Source: Planctomycetota bacterium
GTDB lineage: Bacteria > Planctomycetota > JAJSAM01 > JAJVHW01
Length of the DNA stretch: 64,000 nt
Reading direction: 5' to 3'
Assembly (NCBI GenBank): GCA_965248445.1
Contig: CBDFJG010000002.1
Coordinates: 192,001 to 256,000 of the forward strand
The notes under the pieces are model-generated. The model was given only the letters and a program-made list of their open reading frames with translations. It searched no databases and was not told the origin of the DNA. Below, piece by piece: positions 27,631 through 37,962 of this stretch. The translations under genes were made by a program, and so were the position numbers. Each line of letters starts with the position of its first letter. Position 1 is the first letter of the stretch.

Positions 27631-28725
27631 CTACTTCCCCCAACCCGACCAGAAGTCCGGATGCGTATCCGGGTGGCGCCCCTCGCGCAAGCGCTTCACC
27701 ATCCACCGCATGCGACGCACGTGCCATTCCTCGGTCTTCTCGCGCGCCTTCTCGTAGCTCGTGTCGAGCTGCTTCTGGACCTCCGGCCGGAGCAGGCTCC
27801 AGCGTTCCATGGACGCCAGCAGGTCTGCACCGCTGGGCGCGCCGGGCCGCAGTGAGCCCTTGCCCGCGATGATCAGCTCCGACACGCGCTTCGCGGCGAG
27901 GTGGGCAACGGAGGAGCGCCCCTCGGTCTGCAGCGCGAGTGCGAGCGCGTGGAACATGTCCACGCTCTCCCACGCGGCACCGAGCACGATCATCCCGCTG
28001 ATGCCCTCGACCGCGTCCTCGTAGCCGAGCTTCTTCAGTTCGCCGCGATCGTCCGTGCTGTGGAACCGGCTCGCCGCGGTCAGGCCGAGGAAGTCACCGA
28101 GCGGTGCCGGCTTCTTCTTCTCGCCGCGAACGTACGGCTCTCCCGCGATCAGCCACTTCATGGCGCGGAGCTGGTACTTCTCGCGGCCGAAGTGCGCGTC
28201 GGGATTCAGATCGATGGCCGCCTGGATGTACTCCGCCGCGCGCTCGACCTCTTCGATGCGCGCACGGTCGCCGCCGCCCTTCAGCCAGCGGTGCACCCAG
28301 AACGTCCCGACGTTGGCGAGGTAGCGGTAGCGGTGCTCCTTCAGCTTCGGTGCACCCGGGCCTTCGGCACCTGCAGCCAGCTTGTCGAGCTGATCGCGTT
28401 TGCGCTCCATCCACGCGATCGCCTCGTCTCCCTTGCCCAGACGGTCGCAGGCGGCGCCCGCGTTGTCGTACGCCGCGAGGTCGGCGGGATTCTCGGCGAT
28501 GGCCTTCTTCGCGCGCTCGAGCCGCATCTCGTAGTAGAGCGGCGGGTTGCGCTCGAAGCTGCCGGCGATGACCTTCATCACGCCCGGCAAGCCTTCGGAC
28601 TCCATGCGGAGAGTGTCGTCGTCCCAGATGCACGCGAGCGCGGTGCTCGCGGCACAGAGCACCATCGTCGCTGACAAGAAACTGCGACGGAGACTGCTGC
28701 AGCGGACATCACGGCGGCGGATCAT
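27631..28725 (-). CDS. Secreted helical/TPR-like hypothetical protein
   Basis: Signal peptide then ACIWDDDTL; TPR-like AYDNAGAACDRLG; NPDAHFGRE. Confidence 0.6.
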   Translation of the reverse strand: MIRRRDVRCSSLRRSFLSATMVLCAASTALACIWDDDTLRMESEGLPGVMKVIAGSFERNPPLYYEMRLERAKKAIAENPADLAAYDNAGAACDRLGKGDEAIAWMERKRDQLDKLAAGAEGPGAPKLKEHRYRYLANVGTFWVHRWLKGGGDRARIEEVERAAEYIQAAIDLNPDAHFGREKYQLRAMKWLIAGEPYVRGEKKKPAPLGDFLGLTAASRFHSTDDRGELKKLGYEDAVEGISGMIVLGAAWESVDMFHALALALQTEGRSSVAHLAAKRVSELIIAGKGSLRPGAPSGADLLASMERWSLLRPEVQKQLDTSYEKAREKTEEWHVRRMRWMVKRLREGRHPDTHPDFWSGWGK

Positions 28726-28816
28726 CTCATCCCTCCAGGTGCGTACGCGCGGGGCAGAGTGTCCCCACAGTCTAGAAGACGTTCGAGGTGCGCGAGGGTT
28801 CGCGGAGATTGCGGCG

Positions 28817-30652
28817 TCAGTCCGAAGCTGACGCTGCCCGCTCCGCGTCCAGGATGTCGTGCAGGATGCGGCGCACCTCTTCCACGGCCCGCGGGTGGTC
28901 CTGGACCGAGTGGAACGAGCGGACGATCAGCTCGGACGAGGAGCTCTCCAGGTGGGCGCTCGTGTACTCGACCACCCCGTCGTCGCCCTCCGGCGGGTCC
29001 TCGTCGCCGTCGATCGCGACGATCGAGTGGGCCGGCACCGTGATCGGGAGGGCCGAGAGCGTCTGGACGAACGGATGGTCCGGGTCCATGTTCTCGACCG
29101 CCGTCGGCAGATCCTCGAACGGCTCGCTCGACATCGCGTCTGCCACGTGCGCCGGCAGCTGGAAGGTCTCGGCGGGCAGCGAGATCAGCATCGACGCGAG
29201 CTTCCCGAGCGGGCCGCCGGCCATGAAGCTGCCCTGGTGCGGAGTCGCGATGAAGATGACGCGCTCGACGAACGACTGCGGCGTGTGGAACAGGACCTCG
29301 CGCAGCTTCTCCCTCTCCTCGTTCGAGACGTCGAGATCGTCGATCGGCGTGTCCGCGTACTGACGCCAGAACGCGTCGCCGCTGTCCGTCACCAGGAGGC
29401 GCGTCAGCAGCCCGCCCTGGCTGTGGCCCACGACGATCATCTTCTGCAGGTTTTCGTCGGTGCCCTCGGGATCGAGTTCGATGAGCGCACCCTGAAGCGC
29501 GTTGCGCAGGGAGGCGGCGGAGTACAGGATCGGGTTGCCCGTCGAGTACATGAAGAACCAGTACTGGAACTCGGTCCCCAGCTCGCGGTCGCTCTGCAGT
29601 TCGTTGAACATCTCCGCCCAGCGCGCGGGGCTCGAAGCCGTGCCGTGCACGAACACCACCGGCCGCTTGTGGCGCTGATACGGCTCGAGCATGAACAGCC
29701 GGTTCTCGAACTCCGTGTTGTCCGAGGAGAAGAACTCGGAGAACTCGAAGTCGTAGAACCCCGAGTCCTCGAGAGTCGCGGCAAGTGGCGCGGTGATGTC
29801 GGTCTCGAGTTGCACGGGCTGGCCGTTCACCAGCAGGTCCTGGACGTACGCCGGGTAGTACAGCTCGAGCCGCGCCTTGACGGGCTCGTCACCCGAGTGG
29901 TCCAGGAAGCTCCCCATCACCCGCAGGAACGCTGTCGCGGGGACCTTGATCCCGAGCGGCATGTACTCGGCGAACTCGTGCTGCTCCACACCCTGACTCG
30001 AGCCGCCGAGCAGGGTCGCGCCGAGCCCGGTCGTGCGGGTGCGCGCCCGCAGGCCGTCGACGGCGTAATCGAGCGACGGCACGAAGCGGTCGAAGCGGGC
30101 TTCGTCCCACGGGAACCCGTCGCGATGCGTCGACACGACGAGGAGGCCGATCGGCAGTGCCCGCTCGCCGGCCGTCATGACGAACTCGCCGTCCTCGTTC
30201 GCGAAGCCGCGGGCCAGAGCGAGGTTGTAGATGTCGCACGCAACGCGAAACCGGCTGTCGAAGGGCGACGGCGCCGTTGCCTTGTCGTCGAACAGGAAGT
30301 GATATGCGTACACGGCCGCGGCGAGGTTCTGGTCGCGATCCTTGGTGAGAGTCGCCTGGTGCATCGAGAGCTCGGCCAGGGCGAACATGCGATCGCGGGT
30401 GTCCGTCTCGTGCGCGACGAAGTGCAGGTTCGCCAGCGCCTGCAATGGATCCGAGGCGTACATGTCCTCGAGATCCGCTCGCCGGATGGCGAGGACGGAG
30501 TCGACGCTCGGTTCCCCGGTCGTCAGGACGTTACGACTGAGTTCCTCGTGCACGGCCTGGGCGCCTACCTCGTCGAGAGAGATCGGCGTGGAACACGCGG
30601 CGACGGTCAGGACTACGGCGAAGACCGCGCAGAGGACGGGACGGATCGGCAT
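28817..30652 (-). CDS. Lipoprotein alpha/beta hydrolase (lipase/esterase-like)
   Basis: Lipobox VAAC, PVVFVHG, GHSQGG nucleophile elbow, IATPHQGS, DGVV. Confidence 0.85.
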   Translation of the reverse strand: MPIRPVLCAVFAVVLTVAACSTPISLDEVGAQAVHEELSRNVLTTGEPSVDSVLAIRRADLEDMYASDPLQALANLHFVAHETDTRDRMFALAELSMHQATLTKDRDQNLAAAVYAYHFLFDDKATAPSPFDSRFRVACDIYNLALARGFANEDGEFVMTAGERALPIGLLVVSTHRDGFPWDEARFDRFVPSLDYAVDGLRARTRTTGLGATLLGGSSQGVEQHEFAEYMPLGIKVPATAFLRVMGSFLDHSGDEPVKARLELYYPAYVQDLLVNGQPVQLETDITAPLAATLEDSGFYDFEFSEFFSSDNTEFENRLFMLEPYQRHKRPVVFVHGTASSPARWAEMFNELQSDRELGTEFQYWFFMYSTGNPILYSAASLRNALQGALIELDPEGTDENLQKMIVVGHSQGGLLTRLLVTDSGDAFWRQYADTPIDDLDVSNEEREKLREVLFHTPQSFVERVIFIATPHQGSFMAGGPLGKLASMLISLPAETFQLPAHVADAMSSEPFEDLPTAVENMDPDHPFVQTLSALPITVPAHSIVAIDGDEDPPEGDDGVVEYTSAHLESSSSELIVRSFHSVQDHPRAVEEVRRILHDILDAERAASASD

Positions 30653-30755
30653 CGCGGCATTGTGGGGCGTGACTGACGCCGGGGCCAGGGACGACGTGGC
30701 GTCACCAGACCTGTGTCGGCTTGTTCACCCGTAGGGGCCGGGTTCCACCCCGCCC

Positions 30756-31433
30756 CTACTCTTCCAAACCGAGTTTCTTCATCTTCGGGGTGATGACCGC
30801 GCGGCAGTAGCCACTTTGCTTGTTCTCGCGGTAGAAGTCCTGGTGCTCTTGCTTCGCTTCGTAGAAGTCGGACGCCGCCGCGATCTCCGTGACGATCGGG
30901 TCCTTGAAGTCGCCGGACGCATCCGCAGCCGCCTTGCTCGCGAGCGCCGCGGCCTTCTGCGCGTCGCTGTGGTAGTAGATCGCCGAGCGGTACTGCGTGC
31001 CGGCGTCGGGGCCCTGCTTGTTCAGCGTCGTCGGGTCGTGCAGCTTCCAGAACCACGCGAGCAGCGCGTCGTAGCTGATCTTCGACGGATCGAAGTCGAC
31101 CTGCACGACCTCCGCGTGCCCGGTCACTCCTGCGCAGACCGCCTGGTAGCTCGGGTTCTCGACATGGCCGCCCATGAACCCGGAGCGCGCGTCGAGCACA
31201 CCGTCGAGCTGTTCGAGCACGGCCTCCACGCACCAGTAACACCCGGCGCCGAACGTGGCTACCTGGTTCCCCTCGGGCGTCGTCGTCGGATCTGTCACGG
31301 GCTCCCCTTCCCTGGGCAAGACCACTGCCGGCTGAGTCTCGGGCGGCGCCTCCGGCGCGGGCCCGGCTCCAGGCTCGCCGGCCGAGCACGCAGTGACGAA
31401 GACGGTCAGCAGGACGGCCAGGATGGTGCGCAT
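30756..31433 (-). CDS. msrA: Peptide-methionine (S)-S-oxide reductase with lipoprotein signal
   Basis: GAGCYWCVE, GHAEVV, HDPTTLNKQGPD.GTQYRS, GYC; lipobox VTAC. Confidence 0.95.
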   Translation of the reverse strand: MRTILAVLLTVFVTACSAGEPGAGPAPEAPPETQPAVVLPREGEPVTDPTTTPEGNQVATFGAGCYWCVEAVLEQLDGVLDARSGFMGGHVENPSYQAVCAGVTGHAEVVQVDFDPSKISYDALLAWFWKLHDPTTLNKQGPDAGTQYRSAIYYHSDAQKAAALASKAAADASGDFKDPIVTEIAAASDFYEAKQEHQDFYRENKQSGYCRAVITPKMKKLGLEE

Positions 31434-31480
31434 GTGCCGACTCTAACCCACGTCGACGCGGCCTTGTTCCCGGGTCGCTG

Positions 31481-34400
31481 TCACTCGCGGCTCGCCTTCC
31501 GCATCGCGGCGCGGATGGCGCGGTGGAGAGGGACGTTCCCGAGGAGCGAGGCACGGGTGTCCTCGGGAGCGTGCTGGTGCAGGTGATCGAGCAGGCGGCG
31601 GGCCTCCGTCAGGTGCGCGGTGTCGCGTGTGGCCCGCCAGCAGAGGAAGAACATCTGCATGCGCGTGGGCACGGCCATGCGGTCGGCGACCGCAGCGACC
31701 GCGGCAACGGCCTCCTCCGTGCCCTCGTCGGCGACGAGCGCGAGATGAAGCCCCGCGATGGCGCGCGCCTCTTCCCCGTGCGAACCCTCGGCGCGCGCGG
31801 CGGCACGCCGGAACAGCGCGCTCGCGGCGCCGTCTTCACGACGCGCCCGGGCCAACACGCCCAGTTGCGTCAGCGCTTCTGCGTCGCCGACCACATCGCC
31901 CTGCTCGGCGAAGACCGCGCACGCCGCCTCGAGGTCCTCCCGCGCACGGTCGGCCGAGCCGAGCATGCGTTGCAAGATTCCCCGCAGCAGATGTGCGTGG
32001 CCGCGTAGGTGGGCCTCGCCGATCTCTTCCGCGAGCGTGAGCGCGCGATCGAGCCGCTCCATCGCGGTCGGACCGCGGCCGAGCGTGGTCTCCACCTCCG
32101 CGAGGCTCAGCAGCGCCTGCCCGACGGAACCGTGCTCCTCGACGGCGATCGCACCTTCGAGCTGTTGCCGCACGTGCTGCTGCGCGTCCGCGAGCCGCCC
32201 TTCCTGGATGGCGAGCACCCCGAGCCCGCCGCGCGCCCACACCGTGAGCAGCGGATCGCCGAGCGCCGCCGCCCGGTCCGCACAGCGTTTGGTCAACTCG
32301 GTCGCCTCGGCGGTCTTGCCCCGCTGCGCGCAGACGAGACCTTGGCGCCACTCCGCCATCGCCAGCGAGCGTTCGTCTCCGGATCTCTCTCCGGCCGCGA
32401 GCGATCCGTCGAGCAGCGTCTCCGCCGTCTCGAGATCACCGGCCCGCGCATACGACATCGCGAGGTGACCGAGTGCCTGCGACGCCGTGCTGTCGAACCC
32501 GTGCTCCGTCGCGGTCTTGACGCTCTCCTGCAGCAGATCGCGTGCTTCGTCGATGCGCCCGGCCCGCACGAGCGCGATACCGAGACCCTGGGCGATCGTG
32601 CACTGGTGCAAGAGATCGTCGGTGCGCGCAGCGTGGACCCTCGCCGTCTCGTACGCCTGCACGGCGCGCTCCTGGTCCGCAACCAGCGACGCTTGCCGCG
32701 CCACGCCGATCCAGGCGCGCGCAAGAAGCACGTCATCGCCGACCGCGGTCGCGGCCTCGACGGCGCCTTCCGCCGCCAGCTGTTCGTCATCGCGCCGCCC
32801 CAGCATGTGGAGACTCAGCACACGTTGCAGGAGCAGTTGCACCTCGGTGCGCGGATCGAGCTGTTCGACGCGGCCGATCGCGTCCTCGACCATCCCGACG
32901 GCGTCGGCATTTCGTTGTTCACTGGACAGCCGCTCGAGTGCCGCGGGCAAGTACGGGAGCGCGCGCTCGGGCGCCGTACCGCGCAGGAAGTGCCGCGCGA
33001 GACTGACGGCGGTCTCGCCCCTGACGTCGGCCACTTCGTTGCGCTCCTCGATGTGCTCCGCGATACGCGTGTGCAGATCGGCACGCAGCGCCGGCGGAAT
33101 CGCTGCGGCGAGAACGTCGCATACGGCGCGGTCGTCGAAGCGATGGCGGCGCCCCGAGGACCGCACGAGGCCGAGGCGACGCTCCGCCTCGGCCAGCACC
33201 TGCAGCACGGCGATGCGCGGCTGGCCGAGCGCCGCTGACACGAGCGACGCGTCGAACTCGATGCCGATGATCGCCCCCGCCTCCAGCGTTCGTCGCTCGG
33301 CCGCCGACAGCGTGTCGAGCCGCGCCTGCAGGCGGTCGCGCGCGCTGCCCGGCAGTTCGAGTTCGCCGAGGGGGCGCTTCTCCGCGTAGCTGCCGTCGCT
33401 GCGGACAGCCAGGTCCCCGCGGCTGACCAGCGCCTCCAGAGTCTCGAGCACGAGTAGGGGCACCCCGCCCGTGAACTCCGCGACGCGCGCGTGGATCCGC
33501 ATCGCGACATCGTCGCTACTGAGCTCGTTGCGGAGCATCTCGTGCACTTGGTCGGTGGTCAAACGGGCGAGTGGCAGGTGCCGCACTCCGGGAAGGCGCG
33601 CCTCGGACGACTTGGGTGCCGCCTCCGCTGCGTCCGAGGTCGCGACGACCATCACTCTGCGGCCCTCGGCACCGACCAGGAGCGCGCGCACCACGCGTTG
33701 TGCGGACGGCGGTGCGTGATGGACATCCTCCAACACGAGGAGTACCGGCTTCCCACCGCACAGCGCATCCAGGAACGCGCCGAACGCGGGGCCGAGCGCC
33801 TCGGGACGCAGCGCGGTTCCGCCGGTGACGACCTCTTCGAGCAGAGCGGCGGCGGCCGTCTCCCCGAGCAGGCTTCGGATCGCGCCGCGCACCTGATCGG
33901 TGGAGCCACCGAGGCTGCGCAGCGCGCTTCGCAGCCCGGCCAATCCGGTTCCGCTCGCGAACGCGCCGTACAGGACGATCGCGTCGTCGGTCACGACCTC
34001 GCGAATGCAGTGATCGGCGAGGCGAGACTTGCCGAGACCCGGCTCCGCCTCGATCAGCACGCCGGCGCCGCGGCCCTCGAGAGTCTCCTGCCAGGACGCC
34101 GCCAGACTCTCGACTTCGCGCTCGCGGCCCACGAGCTCCGCCCGGTTGGACAGCGGCACGCGGGGCCGCGCGCGAAGGCGCTTCGCGGTGGCGCGGCGGC
34201 GCTCGCGCCACCAGTCCGATCGCTCACCTTGCCGCAGGATGCCGTGCAACTCGTCGGCCGATGCGAACCGGTCGTCGGGCTTCTTTTCGAGCAGCGTCTC
34301 GATCACAGCGGTGAGAAACGGCGAGACGTCCTTGGCGTGGTCCTGCACCCGCGGAACGTGCCCTTCGACGTGGGCGCGCACGATCGCCGCCGGTCCGCCG

Positions 34401-35253
34401 CCCTCGTACGGATGGTTGCCGCTGAGGAGTTCGAACAGCACGAGGCCGAGCGCGTACAGGTCGGCAGCCGGTCCGACGGGTGTCAACTCGAGCTGCTCCG
34501 GCGACGCGTAGAGCAGCGAGCCGATGAACGGCCCCTCGTGCGTCAGACCCTGTGTCGCCTCCTCCAGCCGCGCCACTCCCAGATCCATGATCCGCACGAC
34601 GTGCTCCGCCGTGACGACCACGTTCTCGGGCTTGAGCTCCCGGTGCACAACGCCGGCGGCGTGGATCGCTCCGAGACCTGCGCAGGTCTGCGTCGCGATC
34701 TCGCGCACCAGCGCCTCGGGGATCTGACCCAGGCCGCCGATCATCTCGCGCAGTGTCCGGCCGACCACGCGCTCCATGACCAGGTAGTGCAGCGCACGGC
34801 CTTCCGCATCGAGAACGGCGCCCTCGTCGAACACGCGCACCACGTTCGGGTGCAGGACGTTGCGCCCGACGCGCACCTCGCGCTGGAAGCGATCCAGCAG
34901 ACCCGGCACATCCACCGCGTGCGTATGCACGACTTTCAGCGCGACGTCGCGCCCGGTGCGCTCGTCGCGTCCGGCGACGACGATTCCCATCCCGCCACGT
35001 CCCAGCTCCTCGCCGATGTCGTAGTGGCCGATGCGGTCCGGGAGCTCGTGGTCGGGCACGACGGCGTCCGCCGGCCGGTTGGGCAGCAGGTCCGCGGTCG
35101 CGACGCCGCGGCCTCCGAGCACGGCCTCGACCTCGCGCCGCAGGCGGCGTCCCCGTCGCACGCGCGCGACACGAACGCGTCGAGCTCATCGCCGGACAGC
35201 TCGCCGGCGCCGAGCGCGATCTCGCGCAGCCGCTTGTAGCGCGCCGCCTCCAC
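31481..35253 (-). pseudogene. Ser/Thr kinase-AAA ATPase-TPR protein; frameshift near 35143 and HRD->HRE change (pseudogene or sequence error)
   Basis: N-terminus MEAARYKRLRE...FVSRACDGDAA is in a different frame from LRREVEAVL...; LGRGGMG, VALK, HRELKPEN, DLG; Walker A EPGLGKS, Walker B LVLEDVH; TPR tail. Confidence 0.75.
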
Positions 35254-35261
35254 GGCGGCCC

Positions 35262-35840
35262 CTACGCGTCCTCGCGCAGGCGCTCGGCGAGGAAGCGCTT
35301 GGCAAGCGTCCAGTCGAGTTCGACGGAGCGAAGCGAGATACCGAGCGCCGCCGCGGCCTCGCGGCTCGTCATGCCGCCGAAGAACCGCATCTCGGCGACC
35401 TTCGCCTGGCGCTCGTCGATCGCAGCGAGGGCTTCGAGCGCGTCGTGGACGGCCAACGCGTCGAGCTCGTCCGCGGTCACGTCGTGCCCGAGGCCCGACA
35501 GCGTGACGCGCTCGCGCGCCTGGCCGCCCCCCCGCTTCTCCGCACCGCGGTCCCGCGCGTGATTGACCAGGATCTGGCGCATTGCCTGCGCAGCCACCGC
35601 CAGGAAGTGGGCGCGATCTGCGTACTCCTTGCCGGCGCCAGGCCGGGCCATCTTGATGAACGCCTCCCCGACGAGCGCCGTCGGCTGCAGTGTGTGGCTC
35701 TTGCGCTGCGACGAGAAGACCCGCCGCGCCATGCCGAGCAGCTCGGGGTAGAGCTCCTCGAACAGCTCGTTCGAAGCGTCCAGGTCACCGGACGCAATCC
35801 GCTCGAGCAGGGCGTTCACCTGAGCCTCGGAGTTCCCCAT
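35262..35840 (-). CDS. ECF sigma factor, STK-associated planctomycete type
   Basis: HTLQPTALV, AMRQILVNHAR...KRGG, EMRFFGG, SLRSVELDW; immediately upstream of the kinase. Confidence 0.92.
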   Translation of the reverse strand: MGNSEAQVNALLERIASGDLDASNELFEELYPELLGMARRVFSSQRKSHTLQPTALVGEAFIKMARPGAGKEYADRAHFLAVAAQAMRQILVNHARDRGAEKRGGGQARERVTLSGLGHDVTADELDALAVHDALEALAAIDERQAKVAEMRFFGGMTSREAAAALGISLRSVELDWTLAKRFLAERLREDA

Positions 35841-35952
35841 CCGGTCAGTCTACGGCCCGACCCGGCGGGGGCGTTGCGGGGTCTGCCGCCGTTTCGTGTT
35901 CCTTCTCCTGACGGGCCGTTCACGCGGAGGGGCCCTTCCGCTCGGAGACCGC

Positions 35953-37032
35953 ATGCCCGGCACCGCCACCCGATCCAGCCTCGACGTGAGCGCCGCCGAG
36001 GCCTTCGCCGCCCGGATGCTCGAGACCATCAATCACGCCGCTCTGGCCCTCATGACCTCGCTGGGCCACCGGACCGGCCTGTTCGACGCCATGGCGGCGC
36101 TGCCCCCGTCCACGAGTGCGGAGATCGCCTCGGAGTCCGGTCTCGACGAGCGTTACGTCCGCGAGTGGCTGGGCGCCATGGTGACCGGCCGGTTCGTCGA
36201 ACACGACGCGGCTGCGGGCACGTACGACCTTCCGGCCGAACACGCCGTCTGCCTGACCCGCGCAGCGTCGCCGGACAACCTGGCCTGCACGGCGCAGTGG
36301 ATCGCCGTGCTCGGTGGTGTGGAGGACGACGTTGTGGACTGCTTCCGCGAAGGCGGCGGCGTCCCCTACGAGCGCTTCCGTCGCTTCCACGACGTGATGG
36401 CGGAAGAGAGCGCGCAAACGGTCGTCTCCTCGCTCACTGGCGCCATCCTGCCGCTCGTCCCCGGACTCGTGAACCGGCTGCGGGACGGGATCGACGTCCT
36501 CGACGTCGGCTGCGGCAGCGGCCGCGCCCTCAATCACCTGGCGCGCACGTTCCCGCGCAGCAGGTTCGTGGGCTACGACATCTCCGACGATGCGCTGGGA
36601 CGTGCGCGCTCGGAAGCCCGCACGCGCGGCGCAAGCAACGTGCAGTTCCGGCACGTGGACGCTGCCGCGATCGAGGACGTCGGCGCGTTCGACCTGATCA
36701 CGGCGTTCGATGCGATCCACGATCAGGCCCGCCCCGCCGCGGCGCTGAAGTGCGTGCGCCGGGCACTGCGCCCGGACGGCGTCTTCCTGATGCAGGACAT
36801 CGATGCCGCGAGCGACGTCGCCGGCAACGTCGATCATCCTCTCGGACCGTTCCTGTACGCGATCTCGACGATGCACTGTATGTCGGTGTCTCTCGCACAG
36901 GGCGGCGCGGGACTGGGCACGTGCTGGGGCAACAACCTCGCGTGCCGGATGCTCACGGAGGCGGGCTTCACCGACGTCGACGTCCGACGACTCGAACACG
37001 ACATACAGAACGCGTACTACGTCGCCAGATGA
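35953..37032 (+). CDS. Class I SAM-dependent methyltransferase with N-terminal winged helix (Rv2258c-like)
   Basis: LGHRTGLF, ERYVREWL, VLDVGCGSG, FDAIHDQ, STMHCMSVSL. Confidence 0.9.
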   Translation: MPGTATRSSLDVSAAEAFAARMLETINHAALALMTSLGHRTGLFDAMAALPPSTSAEIASESGLDERYVREWLGAMVTGRFVEHDAAAGTYDLPAEHAVCLTRAASPDNLACTAQWIAVLGGVEDDVVDCFREGGGVPYERFRRFHDVMAEESAQTVVSSLTGAILPLVPGLVNRLRDGIDVLDVGCGSGRALNHLARTFPRSRFVGYDISDDALGRARSEARTRGASNVQFRHVDAAAIEDVGAFDLITAFDAIHDQARPAAALKCVRRALRPDGVFLMQDIDAASDVAGNVDHPLGPFLYAISTMHCMSVSLAQGGAGLGTCWGNNLACRMLTEAGFTDVDVRRLEHDIQNAYYVAR

Positions 37033-37057
37033 CGCAGGCGACAAGGGGAGGTGTGCG

Positions 37058-37132
37058 ATGCGTCTGAGAGTGCCTTTGACACTGATCGCAAGTGCGGTGC
37101 TGGCAATCGTGATCGCCATCGCGAACGCCTGA
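37058..37132 (+). CDS. Putative 24-aa hydrophobic small protein MRLRVPLTLIASAVLAIVIAIANA
   Basis: Strong RBS AAGGGGAGGT before ATG; fills the gap between convergent genes. Confidence 0.4.
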   Translation: MRLRVPLTLIASAVLAIVIAIANA

Positions 37133-37146
37133 CCGCGAGACTGCAA

Positions 37147-37962
37147 TCAGACGGTCGGGAGCGAGAGCTTGATGCTCGTGCCCTCGGGCGACGTGCGCAC
37201 CCGGATGTCGCCGCCCAGTGAACGCACGGCCTGGCGCACGATGAACAGCCCCAGCCCGTTGCCGCCGGACGCCGCGTGCCCCGTGGCGAACGGACGGAAC
37301 AGTCGTTGGCGCATCTCCTCGGGGATGCCTGCGCCGTCGTCCTTGACCTCGAGCATGCACCAGCCCGGCATCGGCGCCGACGCGACGAGCGTGACCCGCC
37401 CGCTCCCCGCCGGACACGCCCGGATGGCGTTGGCCCCCAGGTTGACGAGGGCCTGGATCAGAAGTCGTGCCTCACCCGCCACGCGGGCGTCGCCCTCCTG
37501 AACCGTCTCGATCGACACGCGTGCCGGCTTGGCGAGGGGCGTCAGCAGGCGGTCCGCCTGCGAGAGCACGTCGGAGATGAGGAAGCGCTGCTTCTGCGTC
37601 GCGTCGCGTCGCTTGACGAAGTCGAGGAACGCCCGTGTCGTCTCCGCGAGCTCGACGCACTGCGACTGGATCTTCTCGAGAGCGGCCTTCATCTCCGACG
37701 GCCGGCCGCACGTGGCGGCGAGGTACGCGCCGCCCGAGATCAACTGCAGGTGATTGCTGACGTCGTGCGCGAGCCCCGCCGTGATCAGCCCGGCCTGGGC
37801 GACGCGCTGCTGGTGCGCCAGCATCTCGAGGAGCATCTCGCGCTCGTCGCGAGAAACGGCGTCCCCGGCGGGGGCTGCGCACGCAGCCCCCTTTGAAGGA
37901 ACCCGGACAGCCCGCTCGGGACCGGTCCCTGGGGAGCTGTCCGCGGAGCGCGTCGTGCTCAC
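37147..37962 (-). CDS. Cytoplasmic histidine kinase lacking a sensor domain
   Basis: H-box AHDVSNHL, N-box NLGANAIRA, DDGAGI, F-box FRPF, GNGLGL; GTG 37962 overlaps upstream TGA. Confidence 0.85.
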   Translation of the reverse strand: MSTTRSADSSPGTGPERAVRVPSKGAACAAPAGDAVSRDEREMLLEMLAHQQRVAQAGLITAGLAHDVSNHLQLISGGAYLAATCGRPSEMKAALEKIQSQCVELAETTRAFLDFVKRRDATQKQRFLISDVLSQADRLLTPLAKPARVSIETVQEGDARVAGEARLLIQALVNLGANAIRACPAGSGRVTLVASAPMPGWCMLEVKDDGAGIPEEMRQRLFRPFATGHAASGGNGLGLFIVRQAVRSLGGDIRVRTSPEGTSIKLSLPTV

